NCBI GenBank assembly: GCA_048941285.1
Contig: JBHLNS010000008.1
Coordinates: 30,009-94,008 of the forward strand
Source of the DNA: Promethearchaeota archaeon
Lineage (GTDB): Archaea > Asgardarchaeota > Lokiarchaeia > Sigyniarchaeales > SOKP01
DNA length: 64,000 nt
Reading direction: 5' to 3'
The notes beneath the pieces were generated by a model. The model did not search any database. It worked only from the letters and a program-made list of their open reading frames with translations, and was not told the origin of the DNA. Position numbers and translations under genes: made by a program. Shown here piece by piece: positions 52,770 to 63,120 of the stretch (position 1 is its first letter; every line of letters begins with the position of its first letter).

Positions 52770-55619
52770 ATGATTGATTTAGATAACATTCAAGCACACT
52801 CAACTAATTACGAAGAAGTAGCTAATAAATTAAATACTTCAGTAGAAACAGGTATAACTGATAATGAAGCTCAAACCAGACTTGAGAAATATGGAAGAAA
52901 TGAATTAATTAAAGAAAAGGGTAAAACAGCTTGGCAAATTTTTATAGGACAATTTAAAGATTTTCTTATTTATCTTTTAATGTTTGCAATTGCAATCTCA
53001 ATAGCAATTGGAGTATATGAAACCATTCATAATGGAATTCCTTGGCCTTCAGAATATACTGATGCTATAGTTATTATAGCAATTTTAATAGTAAATGCTA
53101 TTTTAGGATTTTATCAAGAGTATCAAGCGGAGAAATCACTTGAAAGTCTTAAGAAACTTGCACCACATTTTGCTAAAGTTAGAAGGGATGGGAAAGTAAT
53201 TGAAATTGGTGTAGAGGAGGTTGTGCCTGGAGATATTGCACTTTTTGAACAGGGAGATAAATTTCCTGCAGATATTAGACTGTATAAAGAATTCTCACTT
53301 TATGTTGATGAGGCGATTTTAACTGGAGAATCTAAACCAGTTAAAAAACAATTAAAACCTGTTGATAAAAAAATGATTTTGGCCGATAGGACTAATCTAG
53401 GTTATATGAATACTATTATAACCAGAGGAAATGGAGAAGGAATTGTTATTGGGACAGGAATGCGAACAGAGATAGGTAAAATAGCAGAAAGCTTACAAGA
53501 AGAAGAAATTGAACTCAGTCCATTTCAAAAAGAGGTAAATAGGTTTGGAAAGCTTTTAGGAGTAGTAATATTAATAATTTGTGGTATAGTTTTTCTAATA
53601 GAACTAATAATTTTATTAGTAACAACATTTAACCTCAATGAACTTATTGAAGCTTTTGAAATATCAATAAGTTTAGCGGTTTCTGCAGTTCCAGAAGGTT
53701 TAATAGTTGTAATTACTGTTGTTATGTCCTTAGGAATGCGCAAGATGGCTGATCGTAATGCTTTGGTCCGTAAACTTACTGCAGTCGAAACTTTAGGTAG
53801 GGTTAATGTCATTTGCTCGGATAAAACAGGGACATTAACAAAAAACGAAATGACGGTTGTAAAAGTTTTTCTTGGAGGAAATGAATATAATGTAGAAGGT
53901 GTTGGTTATGCTCTTGAAGGTAAAATTATAGATGAGAAAGGAAAGCAAGTTATTGCCACATATGAAAATAATCTTAAAAGATTTCTTGATGTATGTATGT
54001 ATTGTAATAATTCCAATGTTTCTCTTAGAAATGATGGAACAAGTGATACAGATGTGGTTGGAGATCCCACAGAAATTTCTCTAAAAGTTTTGGCAATGAA
54101 AATGGAATTAAATACTAAATCAGAGAAAATTTATGAAGTTCCCTTTAGTTCAGATAGGAAAATGATGTCTGTTGTATCAAAAATTGAGAATCGAAATTAT
54201 GCTTTAATTAAAGGAGCCCCTGATATTCTATTGAATAAAGCGGGTAAAGCTGTTATTGATGGGCAAGAGAAATCAATAAATGAAGTAAAAAATATTATAT
54301 TGAATAAAAATGAGGAATTTGCCAAAAATGCATTGAGAGTCCTTGGTATTGCTTACAAACCTCTAAATGAAGATTTTACTGAGGAGGAAATAGAAGAAGA
54401 TTATACATTTCTCGGATTAGCAGGCATTATTGATCCTGCCCGAGATGAAGTTAAAGATGCAATTGAAGAAGCCAGAATGGCAGGAATTCGTACAATTATG
54501 ATAACGGGAGATCATAAAATTACTGCTATTGCAATCGCTCAGGAAATTGGATTAACAGATTCAAATGAAGCTATTACTGGTTTAGAATTGGAAGAAATGA
54601 ATAATGATGAACTCCGGGAAAAAGTTAAAACAGTAGACGTTTTTGCGAGAGTTACATCAGAGCATAAACTCAGAATTCTACGTAGATTGAAAGAATTGGA
54701 TTTAGTGGTTTCAATGACTGGAGATGGTGTAAATGACGCCCCCGCTGTAAAAGGTGCACATGTAGGTGTAGCGATGGGTTTAAAAGGCACTGAGGTGACA
54801 CAAGAAGCTTCAGAAATGATATTGATAGATGATAATTATGCAACAATTGTAAATGCAATAGAAGAGGGCCGCGGAATATTCGAAACGACTAAAGGATTTT
54901 TCCGATACATGTTAAGTACAAATTTTGATGAAATTTTTTTAATTTTAGTAGCATATATCGTACTAAAATTATTACCATTTACATTTTTAGCCATTCCAGT
55001 TGCACCAATTCAGATTTTATGGCTCAATATAGCTACCGATGGGATTCCCGCTATGGTGCTTGGTTTAACTCCTACGGACCCCGATGTAATGAAAGAAAAA
55101 CCAAGACAAGGATTTACTTTACTGCCTGAGATTAAAGGGCCAGTTCTTTTGCTTGGAATATATACTTCGATAACAGATATAACTCTCTATTTACTTTTAT
55201 GGAGCGTATTAATCCCTGTTTGGACTACAACTGGAATTGACCCAGGACTTGTAAGTGGAGCAACAATATTTGGTATTACCTATACAGCACAAGAGTACGC
55301 AATTTTATTAGCACAAACTATATTATTTACAAATCTAGTTATTTGTGAATTAATGTTTGTTTACACGTGTACATCCAACATCAAACCATTTTATTTGTTC
55401 CCAAACAAACATTTATTTTGGGCAACTGGACTTTCTTTAGCTCTCCAATTGCTTATACTTTTTACACCAATGGGAATAGCATTTCATGTTGTACCATTAT
55501 TCCACCCATATTACTGGATAACCCTTTTCATTGGTGCATTTAGCGTTTCTGTTGTTGATGAGATTAGAAAGTGGCGATTACGTAGGAAGAAGGGGATGAC
55601 AATTTGGAATAAATCTTAA
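52770..55619 (+). CDS. P-type cation-transporting ATPase, type II (Ca2+-ATPase-like)
   Basis: LTGESKPV (A domain), AVPEGL (M4), CSDKTGTLT (phosphorylation site), KGAPD, MITGDH, TGDGVNDAPA. About 10 TM helices. Confidence 0.9.
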   Translation: MIDLDNIQAHSTNYEEVANKLNTSVETGITDNEAQTRLEKYGRNELIKEKGKTAWQIFIGQFKDFLIYLLMFAIAISIAIGVYETIHNGIPWPSEYTDAIVIIAILIVNAILGFYQEYQAEKSLESLKKLAPHFAKVRRDGKVIEIGVEEVVPGDIALFEQGDKFPADIRLYKEFSLYVDEAILTGESKPVKKQLKPVDKKMILADRTNLGYMNTIITRGNGEGIVIGTGMRTEIGKIAESLQEEEIELSPFQKEVNRFGKLLGVVILIICGIVFLIELIILLVTTFNLNELIEAFEISISLAVSAVPEGLIVVITVVMSLGMRKMADRNALVRKLTAVETLGRVNVICSDKTGTLTKNEMTVVKVFLGGNEYNVEGVGYALEGKIIDEKGKQVIATYENNLKRFLDVCMYCNNSNVSLRNDGTSDTDVVGDPTEISLKVLAMKMELNTKSEKIYEVPFSSDRKMMSVVSKIENRNYALIKGAPDILLNKAGKAVIDGQEKSINEVKNIILNKNEEFAKNALRVLGIAYKPLNEDFTEEEIEEDYTFLGLAGIIDPARDEVKDAIEEARMAGIRTIMITGDHKITAIAIAQEIGLTDSNEAITGLELEEMNNDELREKVKTVDVFARVTSEHKLRILRRLKELDLVVSMTGDGVNDAPAVKGAHVGVAMGLKGTEVTQEASEMILIDDNYATIVNAIEEGRGIFETTKGFFRYMLSTNFDEIFLILVAYIVLKLLPFTFLAIPVAPIQILWLNIATDGIPAMVLGLTPTDPDVMKEKPRQGFTLLPEIKGPVLLLGIYTSITDITLYLLLWSVLIPVWTTTGIDPGLVSGATIFGITYTAQEYAILLAQTILFTNLVICELMFVYTCTSNIKPFYLFPNKHLFWATGLSLALQLLILFTPMGIAFHVVPLFHPYYWITLFIGAFSVSVVDEIRKWRLRRKKGMTIWNKS

Positions 55620-55780
55620 ATCTTTTCTTCATTCTTAAATATTAAATTTTTTATTTTACGTCTTTTTAATTTATTCTTACTTAATTCTTAAATTCTTTTT
55701 AATTAATTTTATATCTTTTTTATAATTTAGTTTAATTATTAGAAATGAACGGTTCAATATCCTAAAACGGTATTTTTATT

Positions 55781-56479
55781 ATGAACATAGCTGAAGTTTT
55801 AAAAAATAAGATTAGGACAAATCAAACAGTTTTAACTGAATTTGAATCAAAGGAGCTTCTTAGAGAAATTGGAATTCCTGTTCCCGCTCAAAAATTAACT
55901 ATTTCAAAAGAAGAGACAATTTTTGCTGCTGAAAATATTGGGTTTCCGGTAGTGATGAAACTTATGGCAGAAGATATCGTTCACAAATCCGATACTGGTG
56001 CAGTAAAATTAAATTTGAAGTCAAAAGAAGATGTAGATAAAGCCTATAATGAATTAATGCAAATTCCATCTCAAATGGAGAAAAAAATATCAGTACAAAA
56101 AATGGCAGAAGAACCAATTACAGAGCTTATTATTGGTATGACCACAGACCCCCAATTCGGTCCTGCATTAATGTTTGGCATTGGTGGAATATTAGTTGAG
56201 ATCCTAGAAGATGTTAGTTTCAGAATTGCTCCTATAACTGAATATGATGCTAATGAAATGATTCATGAAATTAAGGGATTTCCGATATTAGATGGATATC
56301 GCGGAAAGCCTAAAGCAGATATTAAGGCAATCGTAAACGCCTTATTAACGATATCTGAATTCGTCGTGAAACATGATGAAATAAATGAAATGGATCTCAA
56401 TCCCGTGTTCATTTACGATAAAGGGTTAATTTGTGTGGATGCAAGAATAATTTTAAAGAAGAAAGAATCTCACGAGTAG
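55781..56479 (+). CDS. ATP-grasp protein resembling the beta subunit of ADP-forming acetyl-CoA synthetase
   Basis: 232 aa. LTEFESKELLREIGIPVP, GFPVVMKL...VHKSDTGAVKLNL, DLNPVF. No alpha (CoA-binding) subunit is adjacent. Confidence 0.7.
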   Translation: MNIAEVLKNKIRTNQTVLTEFESKELLREIGIPVPAQKLTISKEETIFAAENIGFPVVMKLMAEDIVHKSDTGAVKLNLKSKEDVDKAYNELMQIPSQMEKKISVQKMAEEPITELIIGMTTDPQFGPALMFGIGGILVEILEDVSFRIAPITEYDANEMIHEIKGFPILDGYRGKPKADIKAIVNALLTISEFVVKHDEINEMDLNPVFIYDKGLICVDARIILKKKESHE

Positions 56480-56742
56480 GATTTCTATTTTAATACCAAA
56501 AATTTATTATATTTTGCTAAATCCAATAAACCTTCTTCCTATTTCTAGAATTTGAGTCTTGTTTTCTAGATTAGATTATTTCTATTTACTCACTCAATCA
56601 TAATTTGCTAAAAAAAACATAGATTTATAGCAGTTAATCGTGATATAATTTATACTGTTTAAATTGAAAAATAACATTCAAATTTAAACTATAAAAATAT
56701 TAGTATAAATAATTAATTGTATTATAAAAAATTAAAAATTTT

Positions 56743-59700
56743 TTGACAATCATGAGCTATTCAAAAATTACAAAAACAAAACATTTGCTCGTCCTTTTTT
56801 TACTATTAGCTACTACTGTTATTACAAGTATTAATTTTAGTTATACGAACATAATTCAAAATCAGACAGCAAGAGATTCCGAAACTAACAAAAATAATGA
56901 TAATAACTTTGATATTGAAAAGAATCTATTAATGGCGGATTATTCCTCTTCATTTGGTAAAAGGGGAGATAATTTAAACATTTCTTTGCATCAATCTTTA
57001 GTAAATTTATCTCAAGGCGATTTCTCAAATTTAGATAATTCAAATACTCTTAAAGAAGCTTGTCCTACTGATACTTCATTTAATTCTATTTTCACAAATA
57101 TTATAGTTGAGGATATATATGCTCCAAATAAATCCATAGTTATTGAAGATAATACTGTTGGGGCTGGTTTAGAAAATTTCTTCTTAGGGGAGTATTATGT
57201 ATCCTTTACAACAAGAGGATCAGGTTTTCTGGAAAATGTTTCAATTCCTATCAAACTAGTAACCGCTTTAAACAATGCTAATGTCACAATAAAATTATAC
57301 AATGCCAGAAATGATGGTTCAGGAGTTCCTGAACCTAATTCGAATATAGGATTAATAGTACCTAAAACTCTTATTACGAGCTCAACGTATTATTGGCACG
57401 AGTTTACTAATATTCATGCTGCTTTTGATTCATCTTCAACTTTTGCAAATACTTTTTTCTTAAGGGTCGAAAAAGTTCAAGGTGGTGCCGTGTATTGGGA
57501 TTGGTATTCAGATGGTACTGATGCTGATGAAACTTATGTATATGATGCAACTTTAATTTTGGAGACTTTTGGTGTTAATACTATTGATTTAGGATTGAAA
57601 GTTGCATTTTCACCACAAGATCATACACCCACCCCTGAAGGTATTAATTTTTTGATCAATAGTACTTCAGTGACCGGAGATTTAGTTATTGAAAATAAAG
57701 GTTCTTGGAAATCTTATAATGCATATAGAAATGCGTCGGGGTTATTATATTTTGTATTAACTGCTGAATGGTGGGATGTATCATGTAGTGTTACCTACGC
57801 TCAAATTAATTACACAAAAACAGATTTAACAGCAACCTCACTCTTTTCAGTAACAGGAAGTGGTGAATCGCTTAATTGGAATTCTACTCTTGGAATCGTG
57901 AATAATTTTGTTTCACCATTTAATAATTATGAGATTAATTTCACTGTTCCAAGAACATGGGAAAACTTTTCTGCATTCAAAGGCCCGACAGATAAAAGTT
58001 CTGATATTAATATTGGCCCAATAAATGAAGGGTATCTCGATCTTCAAATTAAAAATGCTGAAAATGGGATTAATTGGTATATCATGGCTCAATCTAAAAA
58101 TCTTTTGAAAAAGATCCGAACCTATGTAGGAATAGAAGATTTATCCATAATAAATTTTACAGACACCCTAAATTTTCTAGCAAATTTCTCAGAAATCATC
58201 TCAGATGGTACTATTAACTTAACTGTTTATAGCCCTGCTCCCGGTTACCATGAAAATTACTCATATTATGATGATTCAATAACTCCAGACTCAGAAATTT
58301 CTCTAGGAAGTTGGGCAATATCTAGTAGCGCTACTGAATATGGAATGTTTAAAGTTCAAATATGGTGGTATAATGCTACTGCAGGAGGATTTCTAGAAAA
58401 AGACATAACTATAATTGCAGTTACAGATTTAGTCCTAATATCCCCTCCTATTGATGAGGATCATTTCCCTGATGATATTTTCAATATAAGAGTATTTTAT
58501 AATGATACTGGTTTGAATTCAGGTGATCAAGGTATCCCTGGTGCTACAATTATTATAAATGGCACATACGTACCTCCTATTGTTGATGAAGGAAATGGAT
58601 ATTATCAAATTCAGATAAACTCAAGCGATTATATTTATAAAAAGAATTATATCGGAATTTATGCATTAAAAACAAATTACAACGGTGCTTTTAAAAGATT
58701 TTCATTCCATTTAAGACAATATACTTCAATTGCTCCATCGGATTCAAAAAATTTTGGCGATATTATAAGAGGAACAATAGTATCATATGAATTCAATTAT
58801 TCAGATGTAGTAGGAACACCTATTACAGGAGCTATTCCTAGTATTGTAGATCTAGATCCATCATTTTTACCAGGTTCATCAATAAGTGAAAATGTAGGAG
58901 AACCGGGAAATTATACAATTCAATTGGATACTAGTGATGTTGTAGCGTCAGCTATTCCATATGAATGCATATTCAATGTCATTGCGATAGGGAAAGAAGC
59001 AAAAAATATTACCATTTATTTAACGGTGATATTATCACAGACTAGTCTTAATATAATAGAATCTGAATCTTACCTTTTAAAGAGAGATGGTTTAAACCAA
59101 ACAGTCCTATTCTATTTCAATGACACAGATAATAATCTTCCAATCACAGGTCTTCCTGTTGGTGATGTTACTGTAACGGATAATCAAACAGGATTACCAA
59201 GGAATATATGGTTATTTCCAAATGGGACAGATGGGTATTATATTTTAAATATTTCAATTACAGCTTTAAATTCAGGTTGGATTGAGTTGACAATAGACAT
59301 TACTTTTGACCCTAATTATGCCACAAGTATAGCACCTGTAATTTTCTATTATGAGGGGAATAATACTCAGACTTATTTGAGATCTATGTCAGATCCTGGG
59401 GGAGAAGGTTCTCTCAGATGCATATCAAGCACATATACTTGTTTTATAGGAAGAGATATATATATTGACTTTAATATTACTGATACTAATAATGGAAATT
59501 CTCTAATTACTGGTTTAGCTAACTCTTATATAGTACAATATGTTGAAGTTGGAAATCCTGGCAATCAAGGTGTTTTGGGGCATTCCTTAAATAATGCTGC
59601 TATATCATATCAAGGAAGTATTGATACTTCAGACATTACAATACTAGGAACTTATGAAATTACTGTAAAAGTTTATAAAACAGATTTTGAGACATCAATA

Positions 59701-61422
59701 CTGAGTTTTAATTTAACACTAAGGGCTTTATACATAATTGATATAGTAGTGGATTACCCTGCTGAAATTACAGCAGGAGACTCATTTCATGTAATCATTC
59801 AAGTAAATTATTATAATACAACCGATTGGTTACTTTTAGTTGGCTCTAACGTTAGAATTACACCTTATTTTAAAGGAACACCAGGGACACCATCTTCATG
59901 GCTTCCCACAAATAATACAGGGGAAGTTGAATTTGAAATTCTAACTAGCAATACTATTAGAAACATAACATTAACAATCGAAGTTCAAAGCGAATACTAT
60001 CATGAAGCAGATACTAAAAATATCTATAATATTAAAGTTAATCCTCCTTTTGGACTTGGAGATATACTTCCATATCTAATTATCGCCGGTATTGCTGCCA
60101 TTGCTATTGCAAGCTCAGTTGGAGTTTATAAGGGTGTTGTAGTCCCTAAAAAGCGGGAAAAATCTCGTGTTCTTACAGAAGTAAAAACTATTTTTGATGA
60201 TGCGATTAATTTAGAACATATTTTAGTTCTCTATAAAGGAACAGGAACTTGTATCTATTTTAAATCATTTGGTTCTGAGCAAATTGACCCCGAACTAATT
60301 TCAGGCTTTATATCTGCAATAAGCAGTTTTGGTAAAGATTTAGTTAGTCAAGAAGAATTAAATGAAATATCATATGGTGACAAAATGTTGCTTCTTTCAG
60401 ATGGAGAATATATCAGAGTTGCTTTAGTATTAGGTAAAAAAGCTTCATTAATTTTGCGCAGAAATTTGATGGAATTCATTCATGGTTTTGAGAAATCTTA
60501 TAATAATGAGCTACCTAACTGGAGAGGTCAATTAAATATATTTAGAGATGCTGGAAATACTATAGATGAGATTTTAAACACTTCAATTATTTTACCTCAT
60601 GAAATAACCTACGAATTTTCCAGTACCAAAACATTAAAGAAACAACAATCCAAAGAAGTTTTAAAAGTTGCTACAAATTTAATGAAAGATTCAGAAAGAA
60701 ACTTTTTCTTTATAGCAACATTGTTAAAAGTAGCTACTGAAAAGACAAGTAAAGATACAGCGCAAATTTTTATGGGGATAAAAGAATTAAGAGATAAAAA
60801 AATATTAATGCCAATTGAGATATCTGCAATTGAAACTAAGCCAATATCTCAACAAGAATTGAATTTAATCAATCAGAAAGTTTCTCAACTAGTGAGTTTA
60901 TCAGCAGAAGAAAAGCAAAAATTAGTTAATGATCTTGCTCAAATGGGGCCAGCTGAAAGGGAAGCATATTTTGTAAGTTTAACTGAACAACAAGAGATTA
61001 TATCTGCTCCTATTGAAGCTAAACTTGGAGCTGCAGTGATTAACAATATTAAAGCAGCGAAAAAAGAAATTAAAAATTTAAAAAAGAATGGAATAGTAGC
61101 AAGAAAGGAGAAAGATTACGATAAATCTATCAAAATCTTCCAAAATGCTTTAAAAATTGCCTCAAATTGGGAACTAACAAAAGAGGCTCAGGAGTTCGAT
61201 GACTTTATACGTTTAACTAAAATTGTGGATCTAAAAACCAAAATGCAAAACCTTGAACAAGAAGCTAGATTAGCTGCTAAACAAGAAAATTATAATGAAG
61301 CGGCGCAAAAATATAAAATGTCTTCAAAAATAGCTTCTGAAATATTCAAATTAGGTGAAGATTTAACTAAAGAAGTTAAGAGATTATCAAATAAAGCAAA
61401 AGAATATGAAAAACTAATATAA
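56743..61422 (+). CDS. Giant single-pass surface protein: large sequon-rich beta ectodomain with Ig-like repeats, one TM helix, cytoplasmic longin-like domain plus helical/TPR-like tail
   Basis: 1559 aa. Signal/anchor LLVLFLLLATTVITSI. Many NxS/T sequons. Repeated modules of the type P(I/L)xGAxVxV...DG.Y.I... TM ILPYLIIAGIAAIAIASSVGVY (60061-60129) followed by KKREKSR. Longin-like LEHILVLYKGTGTCIYFKSFG...DPELISGFISAISSFGKDL...ISYGDKMLLLSDGEYIRVALVLGK (60211-60495). The more likely start is the ATG at 56752. Confidence 0.7.
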   Translation: MTIMSYSKITKTKHLLVLFLLLATTVITSINFSYTNIIQNQTARDSETNKNNDNNFDIEKNLLMADYSSSFGKRGDNLNISLHQSLVNLSQGDFSNLDNSNTLKEACPTDTSFNSIFTNIIVEDIYAPNKSIVIEDNTVGAGLENFFLGEYYVSFTTRGSGFLENVSIPIKLVTALNNANVTIKLYNARNDGSGVPEPNSNIGLIVPKTLITSSTYYWHEFTNIHAAFDSSSTFANTFFLRVEKVQGGAVYWDWYSDGTDADETYVYDATLILETFGVNTIDLGLKVAFSPQDHTPTPEGINFLINSTSVTGDLVIENKGSWKSYNAYRNASGLLYFVLTAEWWDVSCSVTYAQINYTKTDLTATSLFSVTGSGESLNWNSTLGIVNNFVSPFNNYEINFTVPRTWENFSAFKGPTDKSSDINIGPINEGYLDLQIKNAENGINWYIMAQSKNLLKKIRTYVGIEDLSIINFTDTLNFLANFSEIISDGTINLTVYSPAPGYHENYSYYDDSITPDSEISLGSWAISSSATEYGMFKVQIWWYNATAGGFLEKDITIIAVTDLVLISPPIDEDHFPDDIFNIRVFYNDTGLNSGDQGIPGATIIINGTYVPPIVDEGNGYYQIQINSSDYIYKKNYIGIYALKTNYNGAFKRFSFHLRQYTSIAPSDSKNFGDIIRGTIVSYEFNYSDVVGTPITGAIPSIVDLDPSFLPGSSISENVGEPGNYTIQLDTSDVVASAIPYECIFNVIAIGKEAKNITIYLTVILSQTSLNIIESESYLLKRDGLNQTVLFYFNDTDNNLPITGLPVGDVTVTDNQTGLPRNIWLFPNGTDGYYILNISITALNSGWIELTIDITFDPNYATSIAPVIFYYEGNNTQTYLRSMSDPGGEGSLRCISSTYTCFIGRDIYIDFNITDTNNGNSLITGLANSYIVQYVEVGNPGNQGVLGHSLNNAAISYQGSIDTSDITILGTYEITVKVYKTDFETSILSFNLTLRALYIIDIVVDYPAEITAGDSFHVIIQVNYYNTTDWLLLVGSNVRITPYFKGTPGTPSSWLPTNNTGEVEFEILTSNTIRNITLTIEVQSEYYHEADTKNIYNIKVNPPFGLGDILPYLIIAGIAAIAIASSVGVYKGVVVPKKREKSRVLTEVKTIFDDAINLEHILVLYKGTGTCIYFKSFGSEQIDPELISGFISAISSFGKDLVSQEELNEISYGDKMLLLSDGEYIRVALVLGKKASLILRRNLMEFIHGFEKSYNNELPNWRGQLNIFRDAGNTIDEILNTSIILPHEITYEFSSTKTLKKQQSKEVLKVATNLMKDSERNFFFIATLLKVATEKTSKDTAQIFMGIKELRDKKILMPIEISAIETKPISQQELNLINQKVSQLVSLSAEEKQKLVNDLAQMGPAEREAYFVSLTEQQEIISAPIEAKLGAAVINNIKAAKKEIKNLKKNGIVARKEKDYDKSIKIFQNALKIASNWELTKEAQEFDDFIRLTKIVDLKTKMQNLEQEARLAAKQENYNEAAQKYKMSSKIASEIFKLGEDLTKEVKRLSNKAKEYEKLI

Positions 61423-61432
61423 TCTTTTTATA

Positions 61433-61441
61433 TTTTTTTTT
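61433..61441 (+). terminator. T9 tract downstream of the giant surface-protein gene
   Basis: aatctttttatattttttttt begins 3 nt after the stop. Confidence 0.4.
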
Positions 61442-61600
61442 ATTTCTCCAATCCAAAAAAGTTTGAATTTAATTATTACTGATTTTTAATACCTGAAAAA
61501 TCTATAAATCAGATAATTTGTCAATCGAATAAAGAATAGAAAATAATATTTAAGCAAAAATATAATTGGAAAACATGAATTTAATTTGAAATATATTTTA

Positions 61601-62863
61601 TCAATCAGATATGCCGCTTTCAGTTATGGAAAAAATAGCTTCACCTTCTGGTAAATGAGGTGCATCAACAATTTTTGCAATCCTCTGTTCTCCTTTACCT
61701 TTTCTCAAATAAACTCTAATCGTTGAACCATGGGCCACAACATTTCCTCCAGCTGCTTTTAAAGGATTGCCATAAAAAACATCAGGCTTCGCTTGTACTT
61801 GATTTGTCACTACAATTGCCAAGTTTGGATATATATCACATAATCTTAACAGGTCATGTAAATGAGAATTAATAATCTGCTGACGATTTGCCAACGTACC
61901 ACGACCGATATACTCGCTTCTAAAGTGCCCTATTAGTGAATCTACTATAATCAATTTGATGTTTTGCTCTTTTATTAAATTTGTTGCTTCTTTAATTAAG
62001 AGAACTTGATGATCAGAATTATAAGCTCGACCAAAAACAATATTTTTTAGTATTTTTTTGTGATCTAAATCCAACCCCTCAGCCATTTGAATAATTCTTT
62101 CAGGTCTGAAAGTACCCTCAGTATCAATATATAAAGCATTTCCTTCAATGCCTCCTCTTTCTTGATCTAATTGGACATTTACACATAATTGATGCATAAT
62201 TTGAGTTTTACCTGTTCTAAATTCTCCAAAAAATTCGATTAAGCTTCCTGTTTCAACTCCCCCACCAAGTAAGTCATCCAATTCTTGACTTCCTGTGGTA
62301 ATACGAGCTATATTTTTTCTATGTTCCCAAACATCCTCAGCACTTTTAAATCCAATATTCAATTTTTCCATACAAGCCTTTATCAGCTTTGTTGTTGTTT
62401 TTTCTCCTAAACCGCTCTCTTCTTGGATAATGCTAGGAGGTGTAAATGCGATTGATTCCAAACTAGAGAATCCTGCTTTTATTAATTTTGTTAAAGTAGC
62501 CTCTCCTACGCCGGGAAGCTTTTTTACGGCGTTGATGGACTCTTGTATACTATTTCCCTCATTAGAAATATCTTCATTATCGGTATCTGTGTTATCCTCA
62601 AATTGATTTTCAAGTTCATTATAATCTTCATCATTTTCAAGTTCATCAAAAGCATCAATTAGTTCTTCATCATCATAATCATCATTCGTCAAATCAGTGA
62701 TTTCTTCTTCAAAATCATTTTCGCTTTGGCGTTTAATTCGGGCAAAATCAAGATGTTCTTTGTAGATTTTCCCTTTTGTATGATTTCGTTTACATTCTTT
62801 ACAGTAATAAGGCTCACCTATTTCAAAGCCATTATTATCTTCAACTTCACTCGCTTTAGCCAT
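61601..62863 (-). CDS. radA: RadA recombinase with ~110-aa N-terminal Cys/His plus acidic extension
   Basis: HhH domain [17 protein letters not shown], Walker [10 protein letters not shown], Walker B LIIVDS, and a RecA-fold core to the C-terminus. The N-terminus has [19 protein letters not shown] then a D/E/N-rich tract. Confidence 0.9.
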   Translation of the reverse strand: MAKASEVEDNNGFEIGEPYYCKECKRNHTKGKIYKEHLDFARIKRQSENDFEEEITDLTNDDYDDEELIDAFDELENDEDYNELENQFEDNTDTDNEDISNEGNSIQESINAVKKLPGVGEATLTKLIKAGFSSLESIAFTPPSIIQEESGLGEKTTTKLIKACMEKLNIGFKSAEDVWEHRKNIARITTGSQELDDLLGGGVETGSLIEFFGEFRTGKTQIMHQLCVNVQLDQERGGIEGNALYIDTEGTFRPERIIQMAEGLDLDHKKILKNIVFGRAYNSDHQVLLIKEATNLIKEQNIKLIIVDSLIGHFRSEYIGRGTLANRQQIINSHLHDLLRLCDIYPNLAIVVTNQVQAKPDVFYGNPLKAAGGNVVAHGSTIRVYLRKGKGEQRIAKIVDAPHLPEGEAIFSITESGISD

Positions 62864-63120
62864 AAAATATCATTAAAAAAAGTGTAATTTTTATAGTCAT
62901 TATTTATTATGCATAGTTAGTTAGGTCTTTATTTTAAGTAAAATAGAGTTCTAATTTTCAAATTTATTTTTATTGATGAAAAAACAGAAACCGACAATAA
63001 TTTATAGTTTTAAAATTTAGCTTTTGATAATTTTCCCCAACAGTAAATAAAATAATATAAACATGAATGGATTATATAAAGTTATTATAAATATTACTTT
63101 GTTATACTGGATAAAATCTT

